A stretch of 64,000 bases of DNA, from contig JAUWWY010000002.1 in NCBI GenBank assembly GCA_030616605.1, positions 118,867 through 182,866 of the forward strand, written 5' to 3'. Shown piece after piece: positions 1 to 10,126 of this stretch. How positions within the stretch are numbered: the stretch's first letter is position 1; each line of letters opens with the position of its first letter. The translations under genes were made by a program, and so were the position numbers. Source of the DNA: a bacterium. Lineage in GTDB: Bacteria > Patescibacteriota > Minisyncoccia > Minisyncoccales > CG1-02-41-26. The notes under the pieces were generated by a model. That model was given only the letters and a program-made list of their open reading frames with translations. It was not told the DNA's origin and made no database searches.

Positions 1-369
1 CTTGAACTCTTCAAACTTTTGCGCAATATTTCAGGAGTGGGACCAAAAGCAGCCTTGGAAATTTCTTCCCTTGGTCCTCCAGTTAAAATAAAAAAAGAAA
101 TAGAAAAAGGAAATGAGAAAATTTTTGAAGGTGTTCCTGGAATTGGCAAGAAAAAAGCAAAAAAAATTATTTTAGAACTTTCTGGAAAACTAAATATCCC
201 TGCTTCCTCTTCCCCAGAAGAAACTCTTCCCGAAGATGATACCATTTTAGCTTTAATTAATCTCGGCTTTAAAAAAGAGGAAGCAAAAAAAGCTTTATTC
301 CAGGTTCCTCAAGAAATTAAAGATACTCAAGAAAGAATTAAAAGGGCTTTAAAAATTTTAGGAAGATGA
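1..369 (+). CDS. ruvA: Holliday junction branch-migration protein RuvA, C-terminal part (5' end lies outside the window)
   Basis: Frame 1 is open from nucleotide 1. The translation LELFKLLRNISGVGPKAALEISS...GVPGIGKKKAKKIILEL reads as RuvA helix-hairpin-helix domain II plus the C-terminal domain. Confidence 0.65.
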   Translation, partial: LELFKLLRNISGVGPKAALEISSLGPPVKIKKEIEKGNEKIFEGVPGIGKKKAKKIILELSGKLNIPASSSPEETLPEDDTILALINLGFKKEEAKKALFQVPQEIKDTQERIKRALKILGR

Positions 370-1664
370 AAGACCTAATCAAAAAATTTACCCCCGCCTT
401 TTTATTAAGTTGGTATCATTTTTTATTGGCTTTTTTGGGCGCTTTTTTTTATCAATTTCCAACAAAAAAATTGAAGGTTATTGGGGTTACCGGCACCAAG
501 GGAAAATCAACAGTGGTTGAATTAGGAGAAAGAATTTTGGAAGAAGCCGGATACAAAGTTGCTTCTATTTCTTCCATTAAATTTAAAATCGGGAAGAAAG
601 AATGGAAAAACGAATTGAAAATGACCATGCCGGGAAGATTTAAACTTCAAAGATTTTTAAGGAAAGCACTAAATAGAGGTTGCCAATATGCTATTTTGGA
701 GGTGACTTCCGAAGGAATCCTGCAGTACCGACACAAGTTTATTGATTTCAATGTTGCGGTTTTTACCAATCTCTCGCCTGAACATATTGAAAGACACGGT
801 TCTTTTGAAAAATACCGGGAAGCCAAAGGAAAACTTTTTAAGCAGTGTCCCAAAACCCACATTATAAATTTAGATGATAGAAATTCAGAGTATTTTTTAC
901 AATTTTCAGCTGAAAGAAAATTAGTTTTTTCAACTTTCCGAAGTCCAACCTCCTCAGGAGGTCGAACTTCGGGTATTAAGGCCGACAATATTCAAGAACT
1001 TGCTACTGGAATAAGTTTTGAGATTCAAGGCGTTAGTTTTAACCTGAATTTAATTAGTAAATTTAATGTTGAAAATGCCTTGGCAGCAATTTGTCTTGCT
1101 TTATCTCAAGATGTTAGTCTTGAAAATTGTAAAAAGACATTAGAGAAAGTCAAGGGAATTCCCGGAAGAATGGAAATTGTTATTAGAAAACCTTTTAAAG
1201 TAATTGTTGATTATGCCCATACCCCTGATTCGCTTCGTAAAGTATATGAAACTTTACTCAGCTCAAAATCAAAAATGATTTGTGTATTGGGTTCTTGTGG
1301 TGGCGGAAGAGATAAATGGAAAAGACCAAAATTGGGAGAAATTGCTGCAAAATATTGCGATGAAATTATTTTAACTAATGAAGACCCATATGATGAGAAT
1401 CCCTTGCAAATTATTAATGAAATAGAGCAAGGGATTCTCAAGCCCAAAGCCCAAAGCTCAAAGCTCAAAACCTTTCATAAGATTTTGGATAGAAGAGAAG
1501 CAATAAACAAGGCATTAAGTTCGGCAAAACCAACTGATACAATAATCATCACTGGTAAGGGTTCTGAACCCTGGATGTGTATTGAGAAAGGTAAAAAAAT
1601 TCCTTGGGATGATCGTCAGATTGTTAAAGAAGAATATGAAAAAATACGAAATTTTAGAACATAA
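366..1664 (+). CDS. murE: UDP-N-acetylmuramoyl-L-alanyl-D-glutamate--2,6-diaminopimelate ligase (Mur ligase, MurE-type)
   Basis: Contains the VIGVTGTKGKST P-loop, the DYAHTPDSL motif and a Mur ligase C-terminal domain. An in-frame heptamer repeat lies at 1443-1470. Confidence 0.8.
   Translation: MKDLIKKFTPAFLLSWYHFLLAFLGAFFYQFPTKKLKVIGVTGTKGKSTVVELGERILEEAGYKVASISSIKFKIGKKEWKNELKMTMPGRFKLQRFLRKALNRGCQYAILEVTSEGILQYRHKFIDFNVAVFTNLSPEHIERHGSFEKYREAKGKLFKQCPKTHIINLDDRNSEYFLQFSAERKLVFSTFRSPTSSGGRTSGIKADNIQELATGISFEIQGVSFNLNLISKFNVENALAAICLALSQDVSLENCKKTLEKVKGIPGRMEIVIRKPFKVIVDYAHTPDSLRKVYETLLSSKSKMICVLGSCGGGRDKWKRPKLGEIAAKYCDEIILTNEDPYDENPLQIINEIEQGILKPKAQSSKLKTFHKILDRREAINKALSSAKPTDTIIITGKGSEPWMCIEKGKKIPWDDRQIVKEEYEKIRNFRT
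1443..1470 (+). repeat. In-frame heptamer tandem repeat (CCCAAAG)2(CTCAAAG)(CTCAAAA) inside murE
   Basis: Direct reading; encodes KPKAQSSKLK. Confidence 0.8.
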
Positions 1665-2037
1665 AGCTGATTTAAAAATTAGAGCTTTTGGTAAAACAAA
1701 AGAGGAGCTTTTTTTAAATATGATGTTAGGAATGCAGGAATCGCTTCAAGCAGAAAAAAGAAAAGAAGAAGCAAAAAGAGAAATAAAAATTGAATCTAAT
1801 GATTTAAATTCTCTTTTGGTTGATTTTCTTTCAGAACTTAATTATTTAAACGAAACAGAAAAAGAAGTTTACAATGATATAAAGTTTAAGGAGTTCAGTG
1901 CTGTTAAAATAAAAGGAGAAGTTTTGGGTCAAAAAGTAGAGAGCTTTGAAGAAGACATTAAAGCTGTCACCTATCATAGTTTAGATATTCATCAAAAAAA
2001 TGGAATCTGGCAAGCCACTGTTCTTTTTGATATCTGA
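1636..2037 (+). CDS. Archease
   Basis: Internal start gives MKKYEILEHKADLKIRAFGKTKEELF, a typical archease N-terminus. It overlaps the murE 3' end by 29 nt, and RtcB is encoded 1.1 kb downstream. Confidence 0.7.
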   Translation: MKKYEILEHKADLKIRAFGKTKEELFLNMMLGMQESLQAEKRKEEAKREIKIESNDLNSLLVDFLSELNYLNETEKEVYNDIKFKEFSAVKIKGEVLGQKVESFEEDIKAVTYHSLDIHQKNGIWQATVLFDI

Positions 2038-2127
2038 ACTTTTCGGGCTTGATTTAAAATTTTTATTGACTAAAATTAGAATACTTAATGTTTTTTAACA
2101 AATTAATAAAGAAAGAAGGGAAAGAAA

Positions 2128-3081
2128 ATGAAACTAGAAGAATTAAAAGAAATCTTCAGCCGTTATGAAGGAAATCCTATTTTAACAGCCGAAGATTGGC
2201 CCTATCAAACAGCAGCTGTATTTAATCCTGGAGCAATAAAGTTTAATAACCAAGTTTTATTGTTGGTCCGGGTTGAAGATATGGAGGGATGTTCGCATTT
2301 AACTCGAGCCACAAGCAGGGATGGGAAAACAAATTGGCAAATAAGTTCAAAACCGACACTGAAGGCAGAAGAAAATAAAGGAGAAGGTAAATTTGGATTA
2401 GAGGACCCGAGAATTGTTTGGCTAGAGGAACGGCAAGAGTATATCATCACTTGTGTTTCTTTCTTTTCTGGCGTAACAAGAGAACCACCCGGTATTTCCA
2501 TGGCAACGACGAAGGACTTTCTTGACTTTGAGCGTTTGGATCGGCCCTTGATTCCCTTAAATAAAGATGCTTCTTTATTTTCTAAAACTTTCAAGGGTCG
2601 TTATGCTCTTATTCACAGACCCATTGTTGAAGGGAGAGCTGATATTTGGGTTTCTTTTTCACCAGACCTGAAATATTGGGGTGAAAATAGGGTATTGATT
2701 TCCGCCAGACACAGGACTTGGGATGAGCAAAGAGTAGGATTAGGACCTTCTCCTATTGAAACTTCGGAGGGTTGGTTGATTATTTACCACGGAGTCCGAG
2801 TAACAGCTTCTGGAAGCCTTTATCGGGTTGGATTAGCTTTATTGGATTTAGATACTTTAGAGATAATCCATCGGAGCAAAGAATGGGTTCTGGGCCCAAA
2901 AGAGGATTACGAAAGGATAGGTAATGTAGATCACATTATTTTTCCTTGCGGTTTTGTTGTAAATGAAGAATCTAAGAATCTTTTGCTTTATTATGGAGCA
3001 GCTGATTCTGTGATTGGAGTAGCTGAAGCGAATTTAATGGATGTAATTGACTATTTAAAAAAATGTCCAGGGCAGGATTAA
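2128..3081 (+). CDS. Glycoside hydrolase family 130-like (DUF377) glycosidase / mannoside phosphorylase-like protein
   Basis: The FNPGAI...RVED...DPRIVWLE...GWLIIYHGV pattern matches the 5-bladed beta-propeller GH130/DUF377 family. Confidence 0.5.
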   Translation: MKLEELKEIFSRYEGNPILTAEDWPYQTAAVFNPGAIKFNNQVLLLVRVEDMEGCSHLTRATSRDGKTNWQISSKPTLKAEENKGEGKFGLEDPRIVWLEERQEYIITCVSFFSGVTREPPGISMATTKDFLDFERLDRPLIPLNKDASLFSKTFKGRYALIHRPIVEGRADIWVSFSPDLKYWGENRVLISARHRTWDEQRVGLGPSPIETSEGWLIIYHGVRVTASGSLYRVGLALLDLDTLEIIHRSKEWVLGPKEDYERIGNVDHIIFPCGFVVNEESKNLLLYYGAADSVIGVAEANLMDVIDYLKKCPGQD

Positions 3082-3090
3082 TTATTTACC

Positions 3091-3130
3091 AGAGAGCTAG
3101 TCTAAGACTAGCTCTCTTTCTTTTATTTTC
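3091..3130 (+). terminator. Rho-independent terminator after the GH130-like gene
   Basis: 12-bp perfect stem AGAGAGCTAGTC/GACTAGCTCTCT with a TAA loop, followed by TTCTTTTATTTT. Confidence 0.55.
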
Positions 3131-3161
3131 GCGAAAATTCAAGTAAAATAAAGATAGAATT

Positions 3162-4607
3162 ATGATTTCAAAAAAAGATTTTATAAAATTAAACGATTGG
3201 CTTTGGGAGATTCCAAAAAGTTTCAGAGCCGATATGAGAGTTCCGGCTCGAGCTTATGTTACCGAAAAAATGCTTGAAGAAAGTTTTGAAGACAGGTCTC
3301 TTAAGCAACTTGTTAATGTTAGTACTTTGCCAGGAGTTATAAATTACAGTCTGGCTATGCCTGATATGCATGAGGGTTATGGTTTCCCAATTGGGGGAGT
3401 GGCAGCTATGAGAATAGCTGACGGAGTAATTTCTCCGGGTGGAGTGGGCTATGATATAAATTGCGGAATGCGGCTTTTAAAATCAGATTATTTAGAAAAA
3501 GACATCAAACCTCATTTGGAAAATTTAGCTGCAGAGATCCAAAAAGAAGTTCCCTCTGGTCTTGGTCGAGGGAGACAAATAAAAATTGATATCCAAAGTA
3601 TAGACCGAGTTTTAGAAGGAGGAGCAAGGAGATTAGTTGAACAGGGTTATGGTGAGAAAGAAGATTTAGAAAATTGTGAGTCAAATGGAAGATTTCCTCA
3701 AGCTGATGTCGATAATGTTTCTGAGCATGCTAAAAATCGAGGCAGAAATCAATTAGGAACTCTTGGAAGCGGAAATCATTTTTTGGAAATCCAAAAAATA
3801 GGGGAAATTTTTGATGAGGAAATAGCAAAAACTTTTGGCTTATTTAGAGACCAGGTCGTGATTATGATTCATACCGGATCGCGAGGTCTTGGTCATCAAA
3901 TCGCTACCGATTACATCAAAATAATGATGCAAGCTATGCAAAAATATGATATAAGATTACCCGACCAAGAGTTAGCAGCTTGTCCAATAAATTCGAGAGA
4001 AGGCAAAAAATATTTTTCAGCCATGGCTTGTGGAGCAAATTATGCTTGGGCAAATCGCCAAATGATAGCTCATTATGTTAGAAAGGCCTGGAAATCGATT
4101 TTAGGAGAAAAAGCTTCGCCACTTTCTGCTCTTTATGATGTTGCCCACAATATTGCAAAAATCGAAAAACACAAAGTTGGAGGTAAAAAAATAGAAGTTT
4201 GTCTTCATAGAAAAGGTGCTACTCGGGCTTTTCCTCCCGAACATTTAGAAATTCCAGAAAAATATAGAAAGGTTGGCCAGCCGGTTTTAATACCTGGCTC
4301 TATGGGAACTGCCTCTTATGTATTAGTTGGGACAAGAGAAGGAGAGGAAGCTTTTTTTAGTACCTGTCATGGGGCTGGCCGGACCATGTCGCGGCATGCA
4401 GCTATTAGAAGATTTCCCGGGAAAGAAGTGATAAGGGATTTGAAGGAAAAAGGAATTATTATCAAGTGTCGGAGTTTCAGAGGAATAGCTGAGGAAGCAC
4501 CATTGGCTTACAAAAATATTGATGATGTTGTTGAAATAGTACATAATGCTGGCTTATCAAAAAAAGTAGCAAAACTCGTTCCTTTAGCAGTTGTTAAAGG
4601 GGAATAA
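3162..4607 (+). CDS. rtcB: RNA-splicing ligase RtcB
   Basis: GYDINCGMRLL, GSGNHFLEIQ and HGAGR motifs; length 481 aa. Confidence 0.85.
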   Translation: MISKKDFIKLNDWLWEIPKSFRADMRVPARAYVTEKMLEESFEDRSLKQLVNVSTLPGVINYSLAMPDMHEGYGFPIGGVAAMRIADGVISPGGVGYDINCGMRLLKSDYLEKDIKPHLENLAAEIQKEVPSGLGRGRQIKIDIQSIDRVLEGGARRLVEQGYGEKEDLENCESNGRFPQADVDNVSEHAKNRGRNQLGTLGSGNHFLEIQKIGEIFDEEIAKTFGLFRDQVVIMIHTGSRGLGHQIATDYIKIMMQAMQKYDIRLPDQELAACPINSREGKKYFSAMACGANYAWANRQMIAHYVRKAWKSILGEKASPLSALYDVAHNIAKIEKHKVGGKKIEVCLHRKGATRAFPPEHLEIPEKYRKVGQPVLIPGSMGTASYVLVGTREGEEAFFSTCHGAGRTMSRHAAIRRFPGKEVIRDLKEKGIIIKCRSFRGIAEEAPLAYKNIDDVVEIVHNAGLSKKVAKLVPLAVVKGE

Positions 4608-4687
4608 AATTTCTTCTTGAAAATTTAAATAGAATAAGCTAAAATACAGGATACTATGTTAAACTCTTTTAGACTCTTTTTTTATTT

Positions 4688-4837
4688 ATGGCAAAAAAAA
4701 GACTTCCAAAAAGTCTTCGCAAGTATATTCGCAAAGAAAAAACTCGGATTCACCGGGAAATTTTGAATTTAAAAGAACAAGAAGAGGAAATTAAAAAACT
4801 TTATCAAAAAATTTTAAAAGAATATGAACATAAATGA
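4688..4837 (+). CDS. Possible small basic protein (49 aa), not in the ORF track
   Basis: ATG at 4688 opens MAKKRLPKSLRKYIRKEKTRIHREILNLKEQEEEIKKLYQKILKEYEHK, which overlaps the next gene's start by 14 nt. It fills an otherwise empty 215-nt gap. Confidence 0.2.
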   Translation: MAKKRLPKSLRKYIRKEKTRIHREILNLKEQEEEIKKLYQKILKEYEHK

Positions 4838-5768
4838 AATCTACAATTTAGCCATTAAAATGGGAACTGAGGCCGATTTTCGAGGAGAAGAAGGTGTTAA
4901 AAAGTTTTTAGAAAGAAAACAACAGAAATATAGAAAACTCAGTGACAAAGAAAAAGAAGAATTTGACAAAGAAAGTTTAGAAAATCCTTATTTAGACTCA
5001 AGAATTTACCATATTGCCGAAGACAAGGAAATTAAAAAAGTTTTGGTTGGAATTGACATTGAGCCAGCAGAAATTTTAATGACAAAAGAAATTGGCGAAA
5101 TAGATTTAGTAATCGCCCATCATCCTTTAGGTAGAGGATTAGCTCATTTAGCAGACGTGATGGATTTGCAATGTGATGTTTTAAATTTTTATGGAGTTCC
5201 AATCAATATTGCCGAGGGTTTAATGAAAGAGAAAATTAATGAAGTAGCCAGAGGGGTCAATAAATTAAATCATCAGAGAACGGTTGATGCCGCTGGACTT
5301 TTAAAGATAAATTTAATGAATTCTCATACCCCTTGCGATAATTTAGCAGCAAGATTTTTAAAAAATTTAATTGAAAAAGAAAAACCGGAAAGAATTAGTG
5401 AGTTAGTGGATTTGTTAAAACAAATTCCCGAAAACAAAGAAGCAGTAAAAATTGGAGCTGGGCCTAAAATTTTTGTTGGCAACCCAGAAAACCGCTGTGG
5501 CAAAATTGCTTTAATTGAAATTACAGGTGGCACTGAGGGCTCGCCAAAACTCTATGAAAAAATGACTCAAGCCGGCATTGGTACAATAGTTGGAATGCAC
5601 GTTTCCGAAGAACATAAAAAAGAAGCAGAGGCTGCTAATTTAAATGTAGTTATTGCCGGCCATATGTCTTCTGATTCTTTGGGAGTAAATTTATTTTTAG
5701 ATGAACTTGAAAAACAGGGAATAGAAATTATCCCTTGTTCTGGTTTAATTAGAGTTTCAAGAAATTAA
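4824..5768 (+). CDS. Nif3-family dinuclear metal centre protein (YqfO-like)
   Basis: DLVIAHHPLGRG motif and overall Nif3 layout. Confidence 0.6.
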   Translation: MNINEIYNLAIKMGTEADFRGEEGVKKFLERKQQKYRKLSDKEKEEFDKESLENPYLDSRIYHIAEDKEIKKVLVGIDIEPAEILMTKEIGEIDLVIAHHPLGRGLAHLADVMDLQCDVLNFYGVPINIAEGLMKEKINEVARGVNKLNHQRTVDAAGLLKINLMNSHTPCDNLAARFLKNLIEKEKPERISELVDLLKQIPENKEAVKIGAGPKIFVGNPENRCGKIALIEITGGTEGSPKLYEKMTQAGIGTIVGMHVSEEHKKEAEAANLNVVIAGHMSSDSLGVNLFLDELEKQGIEIIPCSGLIRVSRN

Positions 5769-5771
5769 AAT

Positions 5772-6920
5772 ATGAAAAAATTTTTATTCACTTCAGAATC
5801 AGTTGCTCCTGGGCATCCAGACAAGATATGTGATACCATTGCTGACGCGGTTTTAGATACTATATTAAAAAAAGATAAATATGGAAGAGTGGCTTGTGAA
5901 GTAATGGTTGGTAATGGTTATGTTATTGTGGGAGGAGAGGTTACTACTAAAACCTGGATCGATGTAAATAATTTAGCTCGTCAAGTTATAAAGGATATTG
6001 GTTATGATAAACCAGAATATGGTTTTGATTATCATGCAGTAGGAGTTTTTAATACTATTCATGAACAATCACCAGATATTGCCCGGGGGGTGAAAAAAAC
6101 CGCTACTAAAGAACAAGGAGCTGGTGATCAAGGGATGATGACGGGTTTTGCCTGTAAAGAGACACCAGAATTAATGCCTCTACCAATAATATTGGCCCAT
6201 AAATTAGTTAAAAGATTGGCTGATGTTCGGAGAAAGAAAAATTTGTCTTATTTAAGGCCTGACGGAAAATCACAAGTAACCATAGAATATCAAAATAATC
6301 TTCCTAAAAGATTGGATTCAGTGGTAATTTGTGCTCAACATGACCCTGATGTTTCTTTGACTCAAATTAGAAAAGATATAATTAAAAAGGTGATAAAACC
6401 AGTTTGTCAAAAATATTTAGACCAAAAAACAAAATTCTATATCAATAATACTGGTCGCTTTGTTATTGGTGGTCCGGTTTCAGATGCTGGAATGACTGGT
6501 AGGAAGATAGTCGTTGATACTTACGGGGGTACAGTACCGCCTGGCGGTGGAGCAATGTCAGGCAAGGATCCAACCAAAGTTGATAGGTCAGGTGCTTATA
6601 TGGCTCGTTATGTTGCTAAAAATATTGTAGCCGCTGGTTTGGCTGAGAAATGTTTCGTCAGAGTGGCTTATGTTATAGGAGGAGCAAAGCCCACTGAAGT
6701 AAGTATAGATACTTTTGGAACAGGGAAGGTTTCTGAAGAAAAACTTGAGAAAATAGTAAATAAAGTTTTTGAGTTATCTCCGGGAGGAATTATTAAACAG
6801 TTAAATTTATTACGTCCAATTTATAGAAAGACCGCCTGCTTTGGTCATTTTGGCAGGAAAGAGCCAGAATTTAGCTGGGAAAAGACTGATAAAGTTAAGG
6901 AATTGCTTAAATTAGTATGA
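5772..6920 (+). CDS. metK: S-adenosylmethionine synthetase
   Basis: [28 protein letters not shown] and DTYGG motifs. Confidence 0.85.
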   Translation: MKKFLFTSESVAPGHPDKICDTIADAVLDTILKKDKYGRVACEVMVGNGYVIVGGEVTTKTWIDVNNLARQVIKDIGYDKPEYGFDYHAVGVFNTIHEQSPDIARGVKKTATKEQGAGDQGMMTGFACKETPELMPLPIILAHKLVKRLADVRRKKNLSYLRPDGKSQVTIEYQNNLPKRLDSVVICAQHDPDVSLTQIRKDIIKKVIKPVCQKYLDQKTKFYINNTGRFVIGGPVSDAGMTGRKIVVDTYGGTVPPGGGAMSGKDPTKVDRSGAYMARYVAKNIVAAGLAEKCFVRVAYVIGGAKPTEVSIDTFGTGKVSEEKLEKIVNKVFELSPGGIIKQLNLLRPIYRKTACFGHFGRKEPEFSWEKTDKVKELLKLV

Positions 6921-7765
6921 AAAGATATTCTCTTTTCTATTCCTGGCGGATTTTCTTTTTTGAGTTAATTTTATTTTGTTTAGCTCTAGGATTGGGTATT
7001 TTAGGAGGGCTAAAAATGGAAAAAATTTTTAAGGTTTATAAAATTTCCCCAACTAAAATTTCAGTAGGGGAATTTTTAATTTACTTTATTTTAGTAACAG
7101 GCATTTTGTTATTCTTGATTTACTTTTTTAAGCATAAAAAAAGTAAGACAGTGTTTTTGAAGGGGATTTTTCTCTTGACAATTACTTTTGGTAATTTTTA
7201 TTTCTTTAATTTATGGCTGCCCTCGCTTTACACAATTATCCTGGTAGCTTTCATAGTATTTTTGCTTCTCAAAACATCATGGCTATCAGTTCATAATCTG
7301 GCTATGGTTTTTGCTATAGCCGGAGTGGGGGCTGGTTTGGGTCTTAGCTTTCAGCCGGAAATGGTAATTTTACTTCTTCTAATTCTTTCAGTTTATGATT
7401 TTATTGCTGTTTACAAAACAAAACATATGATAAAGATGGCAAAAGAAATGCTCAGTCATCAAGCAATCTTAGGGATTATTGTCCCTCAAAAAATTTCTGA
7501 TTTCCAAACCAATCTAAAAGAAGTTAAGCCCGGGGGCAAGTTTCTAATCTTAGGAGCAGGGGATATAATTTTCCCTTTAATATTAGCTGTTTCTTTAATT
7601 CCTCAGGGGATTTTCCACAGTTTAATTGTTGCTTTATTTTCTTTAATTGGTCTTCTAGCTGGATTTTTAATTTTTATTTCTCAAAAAAAACGCCGAGCAA
7701 TTCCTGCTCTCCCTCCAATCGCCTTTTTCTCAATAATCGGCTATTTGGTAACTAGAATAATTTAA
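6917..7765 (+). CDS. Presenilin / signal-peptide-peptidase-like (A22 family) intramembrane aspartyl protease
   Basis: Polytopic membrane protein with YD (LSVYDFIAV), GxGD ([14 protein letters not shown]) and PAL ([11 protein letters not shown]) motifs in the order and spacing expected for A22 proteases. Confidence 0.5.
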   Translation: MKRYSLFYSWRIFFFELILFCLALGLGILGGLKMEKIFKVYKISPTKISVGEFLIYFILVTGILLFLIYFFKHKKSKTVFLKGIFLLTITFGNFYFFNLWLPSLYTIILVAFIVFLLLKTSWLSVHNLAMVFAIAGVGAGLGLSFQPEMVILLLLILSVYDFIAVYKTKHMIKMAKEMLSHQAILGIIVPQKISDFQTNLKEVKPGGKFLILGAGDIIFPLILAVSLIPQGIFHSLIVALFSLIGLLAGFLIFISQKKRRAIPALPPIAFFSIIGYLVTRII

Positions 7766-9387
7766 ACTAATTTTTTTAGCATATATGTATTTTCTAATCG
7801 GTAGCCTAATTTTCGGTAATAACCACGGACTCCGATTCCGGAAATTACAGCTATTTTCTTAAAGCCGTATTTTTTGGTAATTTTCTCAGCTTGTTTTATT
7901 AATTTTTTACCCAGGCCTTTATGTTGAGGTGAACCTGTCGAGGTTTGACCTCGATAGATTGGGAGCATTTGGCCGTAAGTGTGGACTTCCCTAATTATTG
8001 TCGCTTTTTTCAGAACTGGTAAGATTTCTGATTCGCGAGGTCGAGCTTCGTAAAAGGGAATTTTTAAGCGGAGGAGAGCGTAAATTTTCTCTCTTTTTTT
8101 GTTTTCAAAACTTAAAAATATTTCTTTCCCATCAGAAGCTGGATAATCTTCTTGAAAAAGATAAAGTTTTTCCTTTGGGTCATAGTTTTCTTTCACCTCT
8201 CTGCATCTTATACATTTGCATTTCCTTCCTTGTTTTTTCATTTCTTTTTGGACCAGTTCTCTTAAATTTGAGATTTTAGCTCCTCCTTCAATAATGCTTT
8301 CGGAAGGGATGTCTCTAACTATTCTTTGAATTCGACAATAATAGGGGATTCTTTTTTTAATCTCTATCAAAAGCTTAATTAGTCTCTCTTTTGAATATGG
8401 TTTAAATTTTACTTGTTGAGACCATTTATACAAAGGAGTTTTTTTAACTAAAGCCAAAGGATAAATTTTTAAAAGGTCTGGCTGGAAATCGGGATTTGAA
8501 AAAAGTTCTTCAAACATTTTGACATCTCTTTTAAAATTAGAGCCGGGTAAGTTGGGCATCATTTGATAAGAAACTTTAAAACCAGCATCTTTTAAAAGTT
8601 TTGTTGCTTTTATAGTCGCCAAAATTTTATGTCCTCTTTTGTTTATTTCTAAAACGTCATCATAAATACTTTGAACCCCAAGCTCCACTCTTGTTACTCC
8701 AAGCTTTCTCATTCTTTTTATTTCTTCAATATCTATATAATCTGGTCTGGTTTCAATAGTAATTCCAATTATCCGACATTTTGCTTTTTCATTTGTTTTT
8801 TGCAGTTTAAGAAGGTCAGACTTCCCAGAGGAAGTCGGACCTTCTTTTATAAATTCATTTGCTGCACGAAAACATTCTTTAATAAACCAAGTTTGGTATT
8901 TTTTTGGATAATAACTCCAAGTTCCCCCAATTATTCTTAACTCAATTTTATCAATTGGATGACCGGTTTTTTCTAAAGATTTTAGTCTTATCTGAACTTG
9001 TAAATAAGGGTTAAAATGAGTGAGAATAGCTCTGTCAACCGCCGGCTCTCCCTTTAAATAGCTTTGGGGAATATCTTTTTCTCTCGGGCAGTAAATACAT
9101 TTGCCTGGACAAGGATAGGACTTGGTTAAGACTGAAACATTGACTATCCCCGAAAATGAACGAACAGGTCTGGTCCGAAGTAAATTTTCCAGAATTTTTG
9201 AAGCTTTGACCTTTTTATTTTTGGTCATTTTATGGTAAGTTTTAAGTAGTTTGACATTAGTTGGACAGGAAACTTTGTATTTTTTAGCCATCTTTCTTTT
9301 AAAGGAATCCAAATCAGCCCGGCTTTTAATCTGAGCTTTTGGCATTTCTAAAATAAATTTTTCTAAAATTTTTCTATTTATTGACAT
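7762..9387 (-). CDS. Elp3-like radical SAM plus GNAT acetyltransferase (tRNA wobble-uridine modifying Elp3 homolog)
   Basis: CPGKCIYCP radical-SAM cysteine cluster. C-terminal GNAT region REVHTYGQMLP...QHKGLGKKLIKQAE...GYYRKLGY matches Elp3. Confidence 0.65.
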   Translation of the reverse strand: MSINRKILEKFILEMPKAQIKSRADLDSFKRKMAKKYKVSCPTNVKLLKTYHKMTKNKKVKASKILENLLRTRPVRSFSGIVNVSVLTKSYPCPGKCIYCPREKDIPQSYLKGEPAVDRAILTHFNPYLQVQIRLKSLEKTGHPIDKIELRIIGGTWSYYPKKYQTWFIKECFRAANEFIKEGPTSSGKSDLLKLQKTNEKAKCRIIGITIETRPDYIDIEEIKRMRKLGVTRVELGVQSIYDDVLEINKRGHKILATIKATKLLKDAGFKVSYQMMPNLPGSNFKRDVKMFEELFSNPDFQPDLLKIYPLALVKKTPLYKWSQQVKFKPYSKERLIKLLIEIKKRIPYYCRIQRIVRDIPSESIIEGGAKISNLRELVQKEMKKQGRKCKCIRCREVKENYDPKEKLYLFQEDYPASDGKEIFLSFENKKREKIYALLRLKIPFYEARPRESEILPVLKKATIIREVHTYGQMLPIYRGQTSTGSPQHKGLGKKLIKQAEKITKKYGFKKIAVISGIGVRGYYRKLGYRLENTYMLKKLV

Positions 9388-10105
9388 GAAGAGAAAATAC
9401 GCCGAGTATTTACTAAAAAAGACTGAAGAAGATTATAATAAAATAGCTGACGAGTTTTCAAGAACTAGAGAGAAACCCTGGCCAGAAATTAAATTTTTAA
9501 TTGATGACTATGTTATTGCTGGAGAAAGAATTTTAGATTTGGGCTGCGGGAACGGCCGATTACTTGAATTATTTAAAGATAAAAAAGTGGATTATATTGG
9601 AACCGATTTTTCTGAAAAGTTAATCAAAATAGCCCAAAAAAGATATATTCCTCAATCTCGAACCTTTCTGCCTTTAGCTATAAGATTTTATCTGGCCGAT
9701 GCCTTAAACTTACCCTTTCCGCCTGTTTATTTTGATAAGATTTACAGTATTGCCACTTTACATCAGATTCCTTCTCAAGAATTTAGATTAGAGTTTTTAA
9801 AAGAAGTAAAAAGAGTTTTAAAGCCGGGCGGACTTTTCATTTTAACAGTTTGGAAATTTAAAAGCAAAAAAGAGTTGTTTTTAATTATAAAATACACTAT
9901 TTCGAAGCTCTTTTATAAATCAAAACTGGATTACCGAGATATTTTTGAACCCTGGGGTAAAAAAATAAAAAGATATTACCACTGCTTTTCTAAAAAAGAG
10001 TTAATAGCTTTGCTAAAAAAAGCTGATTTCAAGATTTTAGAAAGCGGAATCGTACGAAATAAAAGAGGTAACCGCAGCAACATTTATTTAGTGGCTAAAA
10101 AGTAA
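9386..10105 (+). CDS. Class I SAM-dependent methyltransferase
   Basis: ILDLGCGNGRLLELF (motif I) and LKPGGLFIL. Confidence 0.55.
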   Translation: MKRKYAEYLLKKTEEDYNKIADEFSRTREKPWPEIKFLIDDYVIAGERILDLGCGNGRLLELFKDKKVDYIGTDFSEKLIKIAQKRYIPQSRTFLPLAIRFYLADALNLPFPPVYFDKIYSIATLHQIPSQEFRLEFLKEVKRVLKPGGLFILTVWKFKSKKELFLIIKYTISKLFYKSKLDYRDIFEPWGKKIKRYYHCFSKKELIALLKKADFKILESGIVRNKRGNRSNIYLVAKK

Positions 10106-10126
10106 TCTAGATGGTAGAATAAAAAC

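Noticed and set aside
647-988. Antisense or embedded ORFs from the six-frame track (for example 647-988, 2205-2594, 12114-12506, 21052-21303, 44839-45267)
   Set aside because: Each lies wholly inside a well-supported gene on the other strand or in another frame, and has no motif support.
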